Positions 20,563 to 31,751 of a stretch of 64,000 nucleotides of DNA are shown here, piece by piece; the stretch's first letter is position 1, and the number at the start of each line of letters is the position of its first letter. The stretch comes from Candidatus Hermodarchaeota archaeon (GTDB lineage Archaea > Asgardarchaeota > Lokiarchaeia > Sigyniarchaeales > SOKP01), in contig JBHLLO010000008.1 in NCBI GenBank assembly GCA_048885535.1, forward strand, positions 1 through 64,000, given 5' to 3'. Position numbers and translations under genes: made by a program. The notes under the pieces are model-generated. The model was not told the DNA's origin, did no database searches, and worked only from the letters and a program-made list of their open reading frames with translations.

Positions 20563-22101
20563 ATGTTTATTGCGGCTTTAGATTTAGGTACAACAGGTTG
20601 TAGAACATTTATTTTTGATATAGCTGGTACAATTTTAGCTAGTGATTATCAAGAATGGCAAAGCTTTTATCCATCACCATCATTTGTAGAGCAAGATGCT
20701 AATTCTTGGTGGGAATCTTTAAAAAAAACAATTGAAATAGCTATTAAAAAGAGTGGGATTGATAGTTCTGAAATTGTAAGCCTTTCTGTTACTAATCAGA
20801 GAGAAACGATTGTACCTGTAAATAAAGATGGCATACCACTTCATAATGCTTTAGTTTGGCAGGACAGGAGAACTATTGAACAAGTTGAATATATTAAAAG
20901 TAAAATTGGAATTGAGAAAATCTATAATACTACAGGTTTAACAATTGATCCTTATTTTTCTGCAACAAAAATATTATGGTTTAAAGATAACAAACCCGAC
21001 ATATATCAAAAAACTCATAAATTCTTATTGGTTTCAGATTTTATAATCTATAAACTTACTGGTAAATACATTACAGATCATTCTAATGCTTCACGAACAA
21101 TGTTATTTGATATCAATAAGTTAAGATACGCTGAGGATATTGCTTCTGAGTTAGAAATCGATTTAGATAAAATGCCTGATGCTGTTGAAAGCGGAGTTGA
21201 AGTTGGGGAAATTCATTCCGAAGAAACTCTATTTGATAAAAAGACCTTAGTTATAACTGGAGCAGGAGATCAACAATCTGCGGCACTTGGAGTAGGCGTA
21301 ATCTCACCTGGCAGAATTAAATTAACAACTGGTACTGGAAGTTTCATGCTTGCTTATTTGGAGAAACCAAATTATGATCCAAAAAAGAGGGTCTTATGTA
21401 GTTGCCATGCAATTCCTAAAAAGTGGGTTCAAGAAGCTAGTATCTTTACAACAGGAGCATTTCTTAGATGGTTTAGAGATCAAATTGCTCAAGAAGAATG
21501 TAAGATTGCAGAAGAGCAAAATCAAGATCCATATGTTATTATTACTGAAGAAGCAGAAAAATCCCCCGTCGGTGCAAATGGTTTAGTAGCAATTCCTCAT
21601 TTAGTGGGTGCGGGAGCTCCTCATTGGGATCCTTTTGCAAGAGGGATAATTTTTGGAATTGCTTTAGGTCATAAAAGAAGAGATATTTCCCGAGCTATTC
21701 TTGAAGGCGTTGCATATGAAGTAAAAAAGAACGTTGAGGTTTTTAAAGAATTGAAAATAGAACCAAAAGAATTAAGATTAACCGGAGGAGGTTCTCGTTC
21801 TGATCTTTGGAATCAGATATATGCTGATGTTTTAGGAATTACTTGTATAAGAAATGTTATAGAAGAAGCTACCTCTTTAGGAGCAGCTATACTGGCGGCT
21901 TCGGGAGCAGGATTATTTCCAGATATTGCAAAAGCAGCTGAAAATATCTGCAAAGTAGATAAAAAATGGATTCCTGATACTCAACATTATGAATTCTATG
22001 ATAAAATATACAATTTTTCAAATACTCTTTACAATTATTTAAACTCTCAAAATGTTTATCAAAAATTGAATAAAATATTCCAAAATAAAGATAATCTATA
22101 A
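20563..22101 (+). CDS. FGGY carbohydrate kinase (xylulokinase/glycerol kinase-like)
   Basis: LDLGTTG, TNQRET, VWQDRRT, SNASRT, GDQQSA, GGGSRS. Confidence 0.93.
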   Translation: MFIAALDLGTTGCRTFIFDIAGTILASDYQEWQSFYPSPSFVEQDANSWWESLKKTIEIAIKKSGIDSSEIVSLSVTNQRETIVPVNKDGIPLHNALVWQDRRTIEQVEYIKSKIGIEKIYNTTGLTIDPYFSATKILWFKDNKPDIYQKTHKFLLVSDFIIYKLTGKYITDHSNASRTMLFDINKLRYAEDIASELEIDLDKMPDAVESGVEVGEIHSEETLFDKKTLVITGAGDQQSAALGVGVISPGRIKLTTGTGSFMLAYLEKPNYDPKKRVLCSCHAIPKKWVQEASIFTTGAFLRWFRDQIAQEECKIAEEQNQDPYVIITEEAEKSPVGANGLVAIPHLVGAGAPHWDPFARGIIFGIALGHKRRDISRAILEGVAYEVKKNVEVFKELKIEPKELRLTGGGSRSDLWNQIYADVLGITCIRNVIEEATSLGAAILAASGAGLFPDIAKAAENICKVDKKWIPDTQHYEFYDKIYNFSNTLYNYLNSQNVYQKLNKIFQNKDNL

Positions 22102-22195
22102 TTCTATTATTTTTATATCTTTATTTTCCAAATATCCTCATAATAAACAATTTTATATATTTTAATTTTTATTCTTCTTTTAATTAATAAAAAAT

Positions 22196-22801
22196 TTGAA
22201 AAAAATGGAAGAACTTCAATCTAGTCAAAAGGAAGAATATGGTCAAAGAGAAATGACCATTGGGAAAATATTTTATGCAATAATCGTATTTGCATGCTTA
22301 GTAGTCATAGTTGGGATTGTTTGGTCGATTTTTGATAATTTTAATCCTCATGGAAAGCTAGAAGCTTTTTTAGCACTTAGTTTGGGATATCAAATCGCAA
22401 TTGTTGCAGGTTTTTCAGCAGGATTATTCTTTTTATTGGTTTTCTTCTTTGGTTTATTTAAAAAGGGAAGTAAATGGATTTTAAAAGTCTTTTTTAAAGT
22501 AAGAGAACTTGAAGATAAATTTAGGAATCGCGTAACTGTAAAAATAGCAGCTGGTGGTTTGTTAATTAGTATTATTGCTATAGTCGTTGGAGTTGTTTGG
22601 GCTTTAATTCAGGAAGTTTTAATTGGTCCTGAGGGTGGATTTACTGGACTATTGAGCCAATTTTCAACAGGAAATTGGATTTTATTTGCTGGTACTGCTT
22701 TACTTATTGCTGGATTTGTTGCACTTTTTATGATCTATTTCTGGAAAAATGGATATCGTTTAATTTTAAAAATAATGGGCACATTAGAGAAAGAAAGTTA
22801 A
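22196..22801 (+). CDS. Four-helix membrane protein with internal duplication
   Basis: Hydrophobic hairpins IVGIVWSIFD...FKKG and VVGVVWALIQ...WKNG. Confidence 0.7.
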   Translation: MKKMEELQSSQKEEYGQREMTIGKIFYAIIVFACLVVIVGIVWSIFDNFNPHGKLEAFLALSLGYQIAIVAGFSAGLFFLLVFFFGLFKKGSKWILKVFFKVRELEDKFRNRVTVKIAAGGLLISIIAIVVGVVWALIQEVLIGPEGGFTGLLSQFSTGNWILFAGTALLIAGFVALFMIYFWKNGYRLILKIMGTLEKES

Positions 22802-22908
22802 ATAATAATTATACCACTTCTTATTTTCAATTATTTTTTCTTCATCTTAAATCAGAAAATCAATGCTCTTATGTTATTTTAATTAATTTTGCGTCTTATG
22901 CATAATCA

Positions 22909-24420
22909 ATGCCAGTTAGAGTTGGTGTTGTTTTCAATTTCCTTCAATTACCTGATGTATCAAAGTATCCATTTGTCATTAATAAAAGTAAAAATGGTGA
23001 TTTAGTAAAAAAGGGAATTTTTGTGCATACTGAATCAATTGAAGGATTTCTAATTGGTATAGTCGAAAGAATTGTGTTATTGAACGAGTATTTTTCAGAT
23101 GCTCTTACTATAAAAGCCTATAATAGCGAAGGAAATCCCAATATATTGAAAGGTTTATTTCCAAGTGAAGACTTCGAATATGCAATAGCTATAGTTAGAA
23201 ATTTAGGTCTAATCGAATTTAAAGAGGATACTAAAAATGAAATTAATATTATAAAGCGTATGACATATCCAGCAAGCCCTGGTAGAGAGGTAAATTTAGT
23301 AGAAGAACATACCCTTAAAAATTTTATAGGGTTAGATTCAAAGTCTGGTTTAAATCTTGGTATATTGAAAGGCACCAAAATTAATGCTAAAATTAATATG
23401 GATCGTTTATTCAATAAACATTTTGCTATACTTTCAATATCTGGAGGAGGCAAAAGTTATCTTACTTCTGTAATAATTGAAGAGTTATTAACTAGAGAGA
23501 AGGAATTAGGTACACCAGCTATTATTTTGATCGATGTGCATGGGGAGTATTGCTATTTAAAGAATTTATCCCGTCTTAAAGAAAAAGTAAAACTTTTCGA
23601 TGCATCTTTTTTCCAAATTTCTGTTCCTAACTTAAATGCATACACTTTTAGAAAATACCAAGAAAAGATTTCAAACGTTCAAGTTAGAGAGTTATCTAAC
23701 TATATCAGAAAATTAAAGAAAGATAAGAAGGAATATTCATTAAATGATATCATTGAATCAATAGAACAAGAACATGAAGTAAATAAGAGCACAAAACAAG
23801 CATTAATTGGCTGGCTAAGTGAATTAGAACGTCTAACACTATTTGGTCCTCAAGAAAATCCTAATATTAACTCACTTGCAAATCCTGGAGAACTAACTAT
23901 ATTTAATCTCCAAAAAGAAATATCAATTAGAAAAAAACAAATTATTGTCGATTATATTTGTAACCGTCTATTTTATTTACGAAGAATGGATCAAATCCCC
24001 CCTTTTTTACTTATAGTAGAAGAGGCGCACCAATTCTGTCCTGAAGCGGCGAATTCTAAAGCCTTAACAAAAAGTATAATTGAAACTATCGCAAGAGAAG
24101 GAAGGAAATTTATGGCTTGTTTATGCTTAATTAGCCAAAGACCAAAACGTTTAAGTACAACAGCACTTTCCCAGTCAAATTCAAAAATGATTTTAAATAT
24201 AACTAATCCATACGACTTAAAACATCTAATGGATAGTTCAGAAGTTATAACAAAAGAATATGCAAATATGATTTCAAGTCTTGGAGTAGGAGAGATGCTT
24301 TTAATGGGAAATGCTGTTAACTATCCAATATTTATTGATGTTAGAAAAAGAGAATTCAGTTCAAATTCAGAGGAGAGCTCATTATCTCAACTATGCTTAA
24401 ATTGGAAAACGTTAGATTAA
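22909..24420 (+). CDS. HerA-like (DUF87) P-loop ATPase
   Basis: KHFAILSISGGGKS, DVHGEY, VEEAHQFCP, IAREGRKF, ISQRP. Confidence 0.9.
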   Translation: MPVRVGVVFNFLQLPDVSKYPFVINKSKNGDLVKKGIFVHTESIEGFLIGIVERIVLLNEYFSDALTIKAYNSEGNPNILKGLFPSEDFEYAIAIVRNLGLIEFKEDTKNEINIIKRMTYPASPGREVNLVEEHTLKNFIGLDSKSGLNLGILKGTKINAKINMDRLFNKHFAILSISGGGKSYLTSVIIEELLTREKELGTPAIILIDVHGEYCYLKNLSRLKEKVKLFDASFFQISVPNLNAYTFRKYQEKISNVQVRELSNYIRKLKKDKKEYSLNDIIESIEQEHEVNKSTKQALIGWLSELERLTLFGPQENPNINSLANPGELTIFNLQKEISIRKKQIIVDYICNRLFYLRRMDQIPPFLLIVEEAHQFCPEAANSKALTKSIIETIAREGRKFMACLCLISQRPKRLSTTALSQSNSKMILNITNPYDLKHLMDSSEVITKEYANMISSLGVGEMLLMGNAVNYPIFIDVRKREFSSNSEESSLSQLCLNWKTLD

Positions 24421-24689
24421 GTTAAATCTTCCATAACTTCATCTTTAACTTCCTGAGTATATTTGTTGAAGACTACCATCTTCTTACTCTTAGATACACG
24501 AAATACAGATATAATACTCATGCTCTCTAATCTCATCAGAATTTCTTCTAATAACAACGAATTTATAAACGGAAATTCTTTCTTTAGCAATTCCTCCATT
24601 CTTTTATCTAAAATTTCTCCCTTATTTTTTTTAAGAATGTCCAAAATGGAATTCACTACTGGTTTTTGGTTCCAGCGATGTGTTTCGAT
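24417..24689 (-). CDS. Small winged-helix-like protein downstream of cdc48 (probable ATC start)
   Basis: Frame open from an ATC 6 nt after GGTGA; WNQKPVVNSILDIL...LMRLESMSIISV helix-turn-helix/wing pattern. Confidence 0.6.
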   Translation of the reverse strand: METHRWNQKPVVNSILDILKKNKGEILDKRMEELLKKEFPFINSLLLEEILMRLESMSIISVFRVSKSKKMVVFNKYTQEVKDEVMEDLT

Positions 24690-24760
24690 TTCTGATCACC
24701 ATATTTTAATATTAGAGATTTAATTTAATAAATAATTTATAATAATTTAAGATTCTGAAA

Positions 24761-26980
24761 CTAAACAAATAAACGATCTTCTTTTGATTGCTCAATAATT
24801 CTATTCTTTAATCGTTCTCCAAACTTTTCATACCAAGTGATAATATCTGAAGTTATACTTGGAAAAACAGCTTCCCTAGCTTTTTCAAAATGTTCAAATG
24901 TAACTTTTTTAGCTTTAATATTTTCTCTTAACGCAATCATAGCAGCTTCACGGCATAATGTTTCAATATCAGCGCCAGAAAATCCTTTAAGTTGTTTATT
25001 GAGTTCATCTAAATTGAGATCAATTATTGGCATATTTTCCGTGAATAACTTTAATATTTCTATTCTTTCAGTTTCCTCTGGAGCAGGTACTAGAAGAATA
25101 CGATCGATTCTTCCAGGTCTAATTAAAGCAGGATCTAAAATATCAGGTCGATTAGTAGCGGCAATAACTACTATGTCTTTATTAATTTCTAATCCATCTA
25201 ATTCTGTTAAAAATTGAGATAATACTTTTTCTGATACGCCTGAATCTGATGTATATCGACCTCTTGAGGGAGCTATAGAATCGAATTCGTCAAAAAATAT
25301 TATACAAGGGGCGGACATCCTAGCTTTTCTAAAAACTTCTCGAATTGCTTTTTCGCTTTCCCCTACATACTTTGATAACAATTCCGGTCCTTTAATTGAT
25401 ATAAAATTCGCTTTGCTTTCACTAGCAACTGCTCTTGCTAATAAAGTTTTCCCACATCCGGGAGGTCCATATAAAAGTATACCTTTCGGTGGGTTGATTC
25501 CCATCCGTGAAAATATCTTCGGGTGTGATAATGGCCAGTCAACAGCTTCTATTAATTTCTGTTTTAATTCATTGAGGCCACCAATTTGGGCCCAAGTAAC
25601 ATTAGGGATTTCAACAAATACTTCTCTTATCCCTGAAGGAGTAACTTCTTTTAAAGCTTCATCAAAATCTTCTTTAGTCACTACAATTTTCTCTAATAGT
25701 TCAGGATCTATCATTTCTGATTCTAAATCTATTTCTGGTAAATATCTCCTTAAAGCAGACATAGCAGCTTCTCGACAAACTGCTGAAATGTCAGCACCAA
25801 CAAAACCATGTGTGATATTGGCGTATTCTTTCAAAGAGACTTTTTTATCTAATGGCATATTCCGAGTATGAATCTGAAAAATTTCTCGACGTCCCTTCTC
25901 ATTAGGTACTTTTATTTCAATTTCACGATCAAATCTTCCGGGTCGTCTTAACGCGGAATCTAAACTATTTGGTCTATTTGTTGCGCCTATTACAATGACT
26001 CTCCCTCTGCTATGAAGCCCATCCATTAACGCGAGTAGTTGAGCTACGACTCTTCTCTCAACCTCTCCAGTAACAGTTTCTCTCTTGGGTGCGATAGCAT
26101 CGATTTCATCAATAAAAATTATTGAAGGGTTTTTTTCTTCAGCTTCTTCAAAAATTTTTCTTAATTTTTTTTCAGATTCCCCATAAAATTTACTCATGAT
26201 TTCTGGACCATTTATTGATATGAAATGAGCTTCACTTTCATTTGCGACTGCTCTTGCTAATAAAGTCTTTCCGCATCCTGGTGGGCCTCGTAATAATACA
26301 CCTTTGGGAGGGTCTATTCCCAAACGTTTAAATAGTGAAGGATGTCTTAATGGTAATTCAACCATTTCTCGAACTCTTTGTATTTCTCTGTCTAGACCTC
26401 CAACATCTTCATACGTAACATATTCAGCTCCCCGTTCTTCCTCCTCAGTTATGTGTTCACTTATGTGAAGTTGAGTTTCTGGTTTTATTTCACAAAATCC
26501 CTCAGGTCGTAAACTTATAACTTTAAATGCAATCTCTCGGCTAATTCCAATCGAAATGTATATATAATCATCCAATGTAAGCGGATAATTGTTTAATTTT
26601 CTTTTAACAAAAGTTTCAAACCGAGGATTTACTTTCATTTTTACACTTGTTGGAGCTAAAACAATACTTTGAGCAGGTACTACTTTTACTTTTCGAATCT
26701 CTAAAGTATCATCTATAGAAGTTCCTGTATTCTTTCTTAATCTAGAATCAATTCTAATGATACCTAGTCCATTATCCTGAGGATAACTTGGCCAGGCAAT
26801 ACCAACACTCTCCTTCTTTCCTATAAGTGCAATTTTATGACCCGTTTGAATGTTTAATTCTTCCATTGTTTTTGGATCTATCCTAATAATATTACGACCT
26901 ATATCCCTCTTTTTAGCCTTTTGTACTCTTAAGGTAATTCTTTTTTGTTCTTCAGTTTCTTTTCGGTTACTTGAACTCAT
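24761..26980 (-). CDS. cdc48: CDC48/VCP (VAT) AAA+ ATPase
   Basis: N-domain plus two AAA modules (GPPGCGKT twice, [16 protein letters not shown]). Confidence 0.96.
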   Translation of the reverse strand: MSSSNRKETEEQKRITLRVQKAKKRDIGRNIIRIDPKTMEELNIQTGHKIALIGKKESVGIAWPSYPQDNGLGIIRIDSRLRKNTGTSIDDTLEIRKVKVVPAQSIVLAPTSVKMKVNPRFETFVKRKLNNYPLTLDDYIYISIGISREIAFKVISLRPEGFCEIKPETQLHISEHITEEEERGAEYVTYEDVGGLDREIQRVREMVELPLRHPSLFKRLGIDPPKGVLLRGPPGCGKTLLARAVANESEAHFISINGPEIMSKFYGESEKKLRKIFEEAEEKNPSIIFIDEIDAIAPKRETVTGEVERRVVAQLLALMDGLHSRGRVIVIGATNRPNSLDSALRRPGRFDREIEIKVPNEKGRREIFQIHTRNMPLDKKVSLKEYANITHGFVGADISAVCREAAMSALRRYLPEIDLESEMIDPELLEKIVVTKEDFDEALKEVTPSGIREVFVEIPNVTWAQIGGLNELKQKLIEAVDWPLSHPKIFSRMGINPPKGILLYGPPGCGKTLLARAVASESKANFISIKGPELLSKYVGESEKAIREVFRKARMSAPCIIFFDEFDSIAPSRGRYTSDSGVSEKVLSQFLTELDGLEINKDIVVIAATNRPDILDPALIRPGRIDRILLVPAPEETERIEILKLFTENMPIIDLNLDELNKQLKGFSGADIETLCREAAMIALRENIKAKKVTFEHFEKAREAVFPSITSDIITWYEKFGERLKNRIIEQSKEDRLFV

Positions 26981-27069
26981 AATTGATCGATTTTAGCTAA
27001 TCATTTATTTAATTATGTAAAATAATATATTTGTAATAATTTTTTTGTTTCTATTAATATTCATGTTAA

Positions 27070-28125
27070 TTATGATTTTTTAAAGAAACTATCTAACGTT
27101 AACTGTTTTCTAGAAAGTTCTTGTTTCCTTAGCCGTTCAAGGGCATTATTAACTCTTTGAGCTGAGAAATTGTGTTTCTCTATTAATAATTCTTGAATGC
27201 CTTCATAATTTATTTTCCTCCATACTATTTTTGGATACTCTTTCTTAACGTCTGGGTTAAGAAATATCTGTTTTACCTGATTAATTAACTCTAAATCTAA
27301 CGTGATTTCCTTTCCTCTTACTTTTATTTTTTTCTTTAACATATTTTCAAGGGATTGATGTTCCTTTATCAGATTTAATGCTGTTTGTTGACCAATTCCT
27401 TTTATCCCTGGAAAAAAATCAGTTCCAATTAAGATACCCATTTCTACTAACTGTTCTCTTGTAATTTTTAAATTTTCCAAGAACTTCTCTAAAGATATAT
27501 ATTCAATATCCAAAGTTTTCGTGGTATCTCTTACTTTTACTGTTCTGCTTATGGCAAAATTTCTAATTAAACGCTCTCCTCCAAACAGTAGAGTATCATA
27601 ATCCTGTGAAGCACATGCCCAAGCATCTCCAACTTCAACAAGGTATGCAGATTGAGCTTCACCTTCAGAACTTGCCTCCACGATGGGAATTCCAAAAAAA
27701 TTTATTAATTTTTTACTTTCTTCAACCATACCATCATCTAATTTCGAGGTTAGTTGGGCGAATCTTTTAGCTTCTCTAAAATCCTCTTCCTCCTTAGCTT
27801 TTATCATTTTCTCCTTATATTCTTCTTTAGTTTTTCTTCGATCTTCTATAGTGTCCATTTTTAATTCGGGTGGAGTCCCATCAAAAACGAAGATAGGTTT
27901 GATATTATGTTCTAAAAAATTAATCGTTCTGTAAAACAATCCAGATAGATGAGAAGTTACATTCCCATCATCATCCATTAATAAAGTACCATCACTTTGA
28001 CGAATAATTGCTAAAAATTGATATATTGTATTAAATGCATCTATAGCTATAGCACGATTAAAGAGATTTTCAAAAGTTATCGTTCTTTTTACATCTGTGA
28101 GGAGCTGGTTGATTTTAATTCCCAT
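27070..28125 (-). CDS. fen: Flap endonuclease 1
   Basis: IDAFNTIYQFL, TSHLSG, EGEAQ, SQDYD, GTDF, PIP box QLTLDSFF. Confidence 0.96.
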   Translation of the reverse strand: MGIKINQLLTDVKRTITFENLFNRAIAIDAFNTIYQFLAIIRQSDGTLLMDDDGNVTSHLSGLFYRTINFLEHNIKPIFVFDGTPPELKMDTIEDRRKTKEEYKEKMIKAKEEEDFREAKRFAQLTSKLDDGMVEESKKLINFFGIPIVEASSEGEAQSAYLVEVGDAWACASQDYDTLLFGGERLIRNFAISRTVKVRDTTKTLDIEYISLEKFLENLKITREQLVEMGILIGTDFFPGIKGIGQQTALNLIKEHQSLENMLKKKIKVRGKEITLDLELINQVKQIFLNPDVKKEYPKIVWRKINYEGIQELLIEKHNFSAQRVNNALERLRKQELSRKQLTLDSFFKKS

Positions 28126-28183
28126 TTTTCATCTTTTTCTGAGTTTCTTGAATTAATATATTAATTTTTGTATATATTTCACA

Positions 28184-28738
28184 CTAAATATTAAGAACCT
28201 TTCTAGGTCTTCGTACTAATTTTGTACCACACACTTCACATGCTTTATATAAATTTTCAGCTTGATAAATCTTATGACATTGAGGACAATACACTTCGAA
28301 TATTATTTGTTTTTGGATCCCCTTTTTGTAAAAAGGAGAAAATTTTAAATTAAGTTTAGAACATAAATTTTCTATTGAATAGTCATTAGTATATAATATT
28401 ACATCATTATCTTGAGAATTTGAAAGTTCTAAAGCTAAGGCTATTAGAGATTTATCAGCTTCAGATAGAGCGTTTAAATCTCCTGTGATCTTAGAGTTCT
28501 CCTCAACTATCTCAATAAAGTTTGATTTTGGGTCTTTAATATTTAACTTTTTGCTTTCTATAGCAACTTGAATTTTATTTAAAATGTTTCTGTTTTTATT
28601 AAAATATTTATTAACTTTAATCTCATCTATAATTTTAGAAGTAGTATAGATACTAGCGTCAAAAATATTTAAATCAATTCCTGTAAAAAAAATATTTGAA
28701 TCAAAAACTAGAATTAAATTCTTCTTCTGGACTGTCAT
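28184..28738 (-). CDS. nob1: Nob1 PIN endoribonuclease
   Basis: VFDSN, TGDLNALSEADKSLIALA, TNDYSIEN, Zn ribbon CPQC/CEVCG. Confidence 0.88.
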   Translation of the reverse strand: MTVQKKNLILVFDSNIFFTGIDLNIFDASIYTTSKIIDEIKVNKYFNKNRNILNKIQVAIESKKLNIKDPKSNFIEIVEENSKITGDLNALSEADKSLIALALELSNSQDNDVILYTNDYSIENLCSKLNLKFSPFYKKGIQKQIIFEVYCPQCHKIYQAENLYKACEVCGTKLVRRPRKVLNI

Positions 28739-29627
28739 CAATAGGAACCTTTAGAGTACCAATAATTTTTTTTCTTAGCCTCTTAAAATAATTCTCACTT
28801 AAATTGCTAGAAAGACGTATAAATTTTATGTAAGCTTCTGCTTTACGTACTCTTATAACAGTGCTAGGTTGAATCTTTTTGAAGGTGCGTTGACCATCTA
28901 TTACAATTTTTGCGTTTAAACGAGGTCTTAGTAACTGAATCTCTACTTCACTATCAATGGGTAAAACAATAGGCTTTAGTCCTGATCTAGCAAAACTATT
29001 TAATGGTGTAATTTGCATGATTTCTAAAGGAGATCTCACTATTGCTCCTCCAGCACTTAAATTATACGCGGTGGATCCAACTGAAGTAGAAATTATAATT
29101 CCGTCTAGATAACTTCTATTCAAAAATACTCCATCAATTTTAACTGAAACTAATAACACCTTTGAGCTTTTAGCCGATACGACCAAAATTTCATTTAAAG
29201 CGTTATTAAGCCTGATCTCTTCAGAATCCTTAACAATATATGGAGTTATCTTCGAACAAGTTTCCGTTATATAATCTCCGTTCAAAACTTTATTAAGATC
29301 ATTAAAGATTGTCCGTTCATTTGACTCATCCAAAAAACCAATAGATCCTATGTTCACTCCTAAAATTGGTGGTGCATTACGTTGAGGTAAACTACTTGCA
29401 ATCCTGAGGATGGTACCATCTCCACCAGTTGATACAATAAATTTTGTATTTTCCTCGGTCATTTCACTTAAATCTTTGCCACTATGTGGAAATATTTTTG
29501 GAGCAATTCTCGTTTCTAATTGAACAACTTCTCCTTTTTTAACGAGATATTCAAATAATCTCTTAGTTAATTTAATGGCCTGTTCGGAATCCATTCTGCA
29601 AGCTAAAGAAATCGCCTTCTTCTCCAT
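28701..29627 (-). CDS. nadK: NAD kinase
   Basis: GGDGTIL, GVNIGSIGFL, ALNE, GSTAYNLSAGG. Confidence 0.94.
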   Translation of the reverse strand: MEKKAISLACRMDSEQAIKLTKRLFEYLVKKGEVVQLETRIAPKIFPHSGKDLSEMTEENTKFIVSTGGDGTILRIASSLPQRNAPPILGVNIGSIGFLDESNERTIFNDLNKVLNGDYITETCSKITPYIVKDSEEIRLNNALNEILVVSAKSSKVLLVSVKIDGVFLNRSYLDGIIISTSVGSTAYNLSAGGAIVRSPLEIMQITPLNSFARSGLKPIVLPIDSEVEIQLLRPRLNAKIVIDGQRTFKKIQPSTVIRVRKAEAYIKFIRLSSNLSENYFKRLRKKIIGTLKVPIDDSPEEEFNSSF

Positions 29628-29741
29628 CAAAATCAGCTTTTCATTTTTAATTTTTATTTAAATTTGTATTACTCAAAAAAAAATAATAAATTAAAGGAAA
29701 ATAAAATTTTGGATTTTCTAAATCCACTTAGAGTCAGAATT

Positions 29742-30170
29742 TTAACCAATAATAACTCTATTTATAAAAGTTTTTCCAGCGATCTGCCAGTACTCAACTT
29801 GAGCAGAAGATAATTTTGCTGGATTTGACTTTAAATCTTTCAATTTAGAAACTATATCCTCATCCGAAGGCCATTGGACATCAATAGAATTATATGATTC
29901 TAGGTCCATTATATTAATCAAATTATCTTCTATAAAATTAATTTGAGCGTTACCCTTTATTATTTCTGGAACCTCTACCATTGAACCTGAAGGGAATGTT
30001 AGGGATCTTTTATTATTGTCAAATAAACCTATACATACTACTCTAACTTTAGCATGCCCATGCTTTCCACTTTTCGAGCGTTCAGTCGATTTGATTACAC
30101 ATGGCTCTCCTTCAATCATAATGTATTGTCCGGTTTTTAACTTCTGGATCTCAGTTCTTCTAATAGACAA
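29742..30170 (-). CDS. eif5a: Translation factor aIF5A
   Basis: SKSGKHGHAK hypusine motif; TTG start with GGTGA SD. Confidence 0.96.
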   Translation of the reverse strand: MSIRRTEIQKLKTGQYIMIEGEPCVIKSTERSKSGKHGHAKVRVVCIGLFDNNKRSLTFPSGSMVEVPEIIKGNAQINFIEDNLINIMDLESYNSIDVQWPSDEDIVSKLKDLKSNPAKLSSAQVEYWQIAGKTFINRVIIG

Positions 30171-30350
30171 TCAAAATTTCACCAATTCAAATTATTATAA
30201 TCTTCAATATTCTTTTAAATTATATTTATTTTAAAAGAAATATTAATTTTTGGATAAATAATTATCTATTTCAAGACAAAGTAGAAAAAAAAGTTATTAG
30301 TTTTTGATAATATTAATTATTAGGATATAAAAATTACTTATAAGATAATA

Positions 30351-31730
30351 ATGGTACTTGAAAAGTTAGGACGATCTTTAGACCAAGCTATTAGAAAAAT
30401 AAGAAGATTACCGTTAGTTGATAAGGATGCGATAAATGCTTTAATACAAGACCTACAAAGAAGCTTACTGAGCGCTGACGTAAAAGTTGAATTAGTATTT
30501 GAAATGACTGAAAATATCAAAAAAGAAGCTATGGATACACATCTCACGAAGGCAAAACGGAAAGATTTTGTAATAACCCTAGTTCATAATGAACTTATTA
30601 AGACCTTGGGTGGAAAGCCTGCTCCAATTAGGATTAAACCGGGAAAAAGTAATGTGATTCTATTGGTTGGTATACAAGGGTCTGGAAAAACGACGACTGT
30701 GGCAAAACTATCACGCTTTTATAAAAACAAAGGGTACAAAGTAGCAGCAATTACAACAGACACTTATAGACCAGGAGCATATGAGCAACTACTTCAACTG
30801 ACAGAACAGATTGGAGTCAAATGTTTTGGTAATCCAAATGAGAAAAGTGCAATTAAGATCGCAGTAAAAGAAACTAAAAAAGCAATAAATGAAGGATATG
30901 ATATTATTATTGTAGATACTGCTGGACGTCATAAGGAAGAAAAAGAATTAATGAAAGAAATGACTCAAATTGAACAATCATTAAAACCAAATGAAGTAAT
31001 ACTAGTAATCGATGGAACGTTAGGTCAACAAGCTTACTCTCAGGCTGAAGAGTTTGCAAAAGCTACAAAAATTGGGAGTATAATAGTGACTAAGTTAGAT
31101 GGGACTGCTAAAGGAGGAGGTGCTTTATCTGCTTGCGCAGCTACTAACCAGCCAATAAGATTTATTGGATTAGGAGAGAAAATTGATGAATTCGAAGAAT
31201 TCGAACCAACTTCTTTTGTAGGGACTTTATTAGGTATTCCTGATTTAGAAAGTTTAGTAAAGAAAGTTCAAGAAGCAGAGGTAGATATTGATCCAGAAAT
31301 GGCAAAAAGAATGATGCGAGGGAAATTCACATTAGATGATTTATATTATCAGCTAAAATCGATAAAAAAAGTAGGAAAAATGAAACAAATTTTAACTATG
31401 GTAGGAGGAGGTAATCTACCTGATGCTTTAAAGGATGATGCTGAGAGAAACTTAGAAAGGTGGGAAATTGTATTGAATTCGATGACTAGAGAAGAAAAGG
31501 AAAATCCAAAACTTATTAAGAAAACTAGGAAACAAAGGATCGCAATTGGAAGTGGTACAGATTATTCATTAATAAATCGAATGTTAGATCAATACAATCA
31601 AATGAAAAAGTTTATGAAAAGATTTTTGCAATTACAAAAGAAGGGAAAGGGAGTTCCTTTTATTCCGGGAATGGGTAAAATGGATCCTTCTTTCTTTAGT
31701 AAATTAGGAAAAGATTTTAAATTTAAATAA
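30351..31730 (+). CDS. srp54: Signal recognition particle protein Srp54
   Basis: GIQGSGKTT, DTAGRH, TKLDGTAKGGG, M domain. Confidence 0.97.
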   Translation: MVLEKLGRSLDQAIRKIRRLPLVDKDAINALIQDLQRSLLSADVKVELVFEMTENIKKEAMDTHLTKAKRKDFVITLVHNELIKTLGGKPAPIRIKPGKSNVILLVGIQGSGKTTTVAKLSRFYKNKGYKVAAITTDTYRPGAYEQLLQLTEQIGVKCFGNPNEKSAIKIAVKETKKAINEGYDIIIVDTAGRHKEEKELMKEMTQIEQSLKPNEVILVIDGTLGQQAYSQAEEFAKATKIGSIIVTKLDGTAKGGGALSACAATNQPIRFIGLGEKIDEFEEFEPTSFVGTLLGIPDLESLVKKVQEAEVDIDPEMAKRMMRGKFTLDDLYYQLKSIKKVGKMKQILTMVGGGNLPDALKDDAERNLERWEIVLNSMTREEKENPKLIKKTRKQRIAIGSGTDYSLINRMLDQYNQMKKFMKRFLQLQKKGKGVPFIPGMGKMDPSFFSKLGKDFKFK

Positions 31731-31751
31731 TTTTATTAATTTTAGATTGAT

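Noticed and set aside
24650-24702. Intron joining the upstream out-of-frame ATG to the small wHTH gene
   Set aside because: GCTGG/CCAGT hairpin lacks BHB geometry, and removal would delete plausible coding sequence
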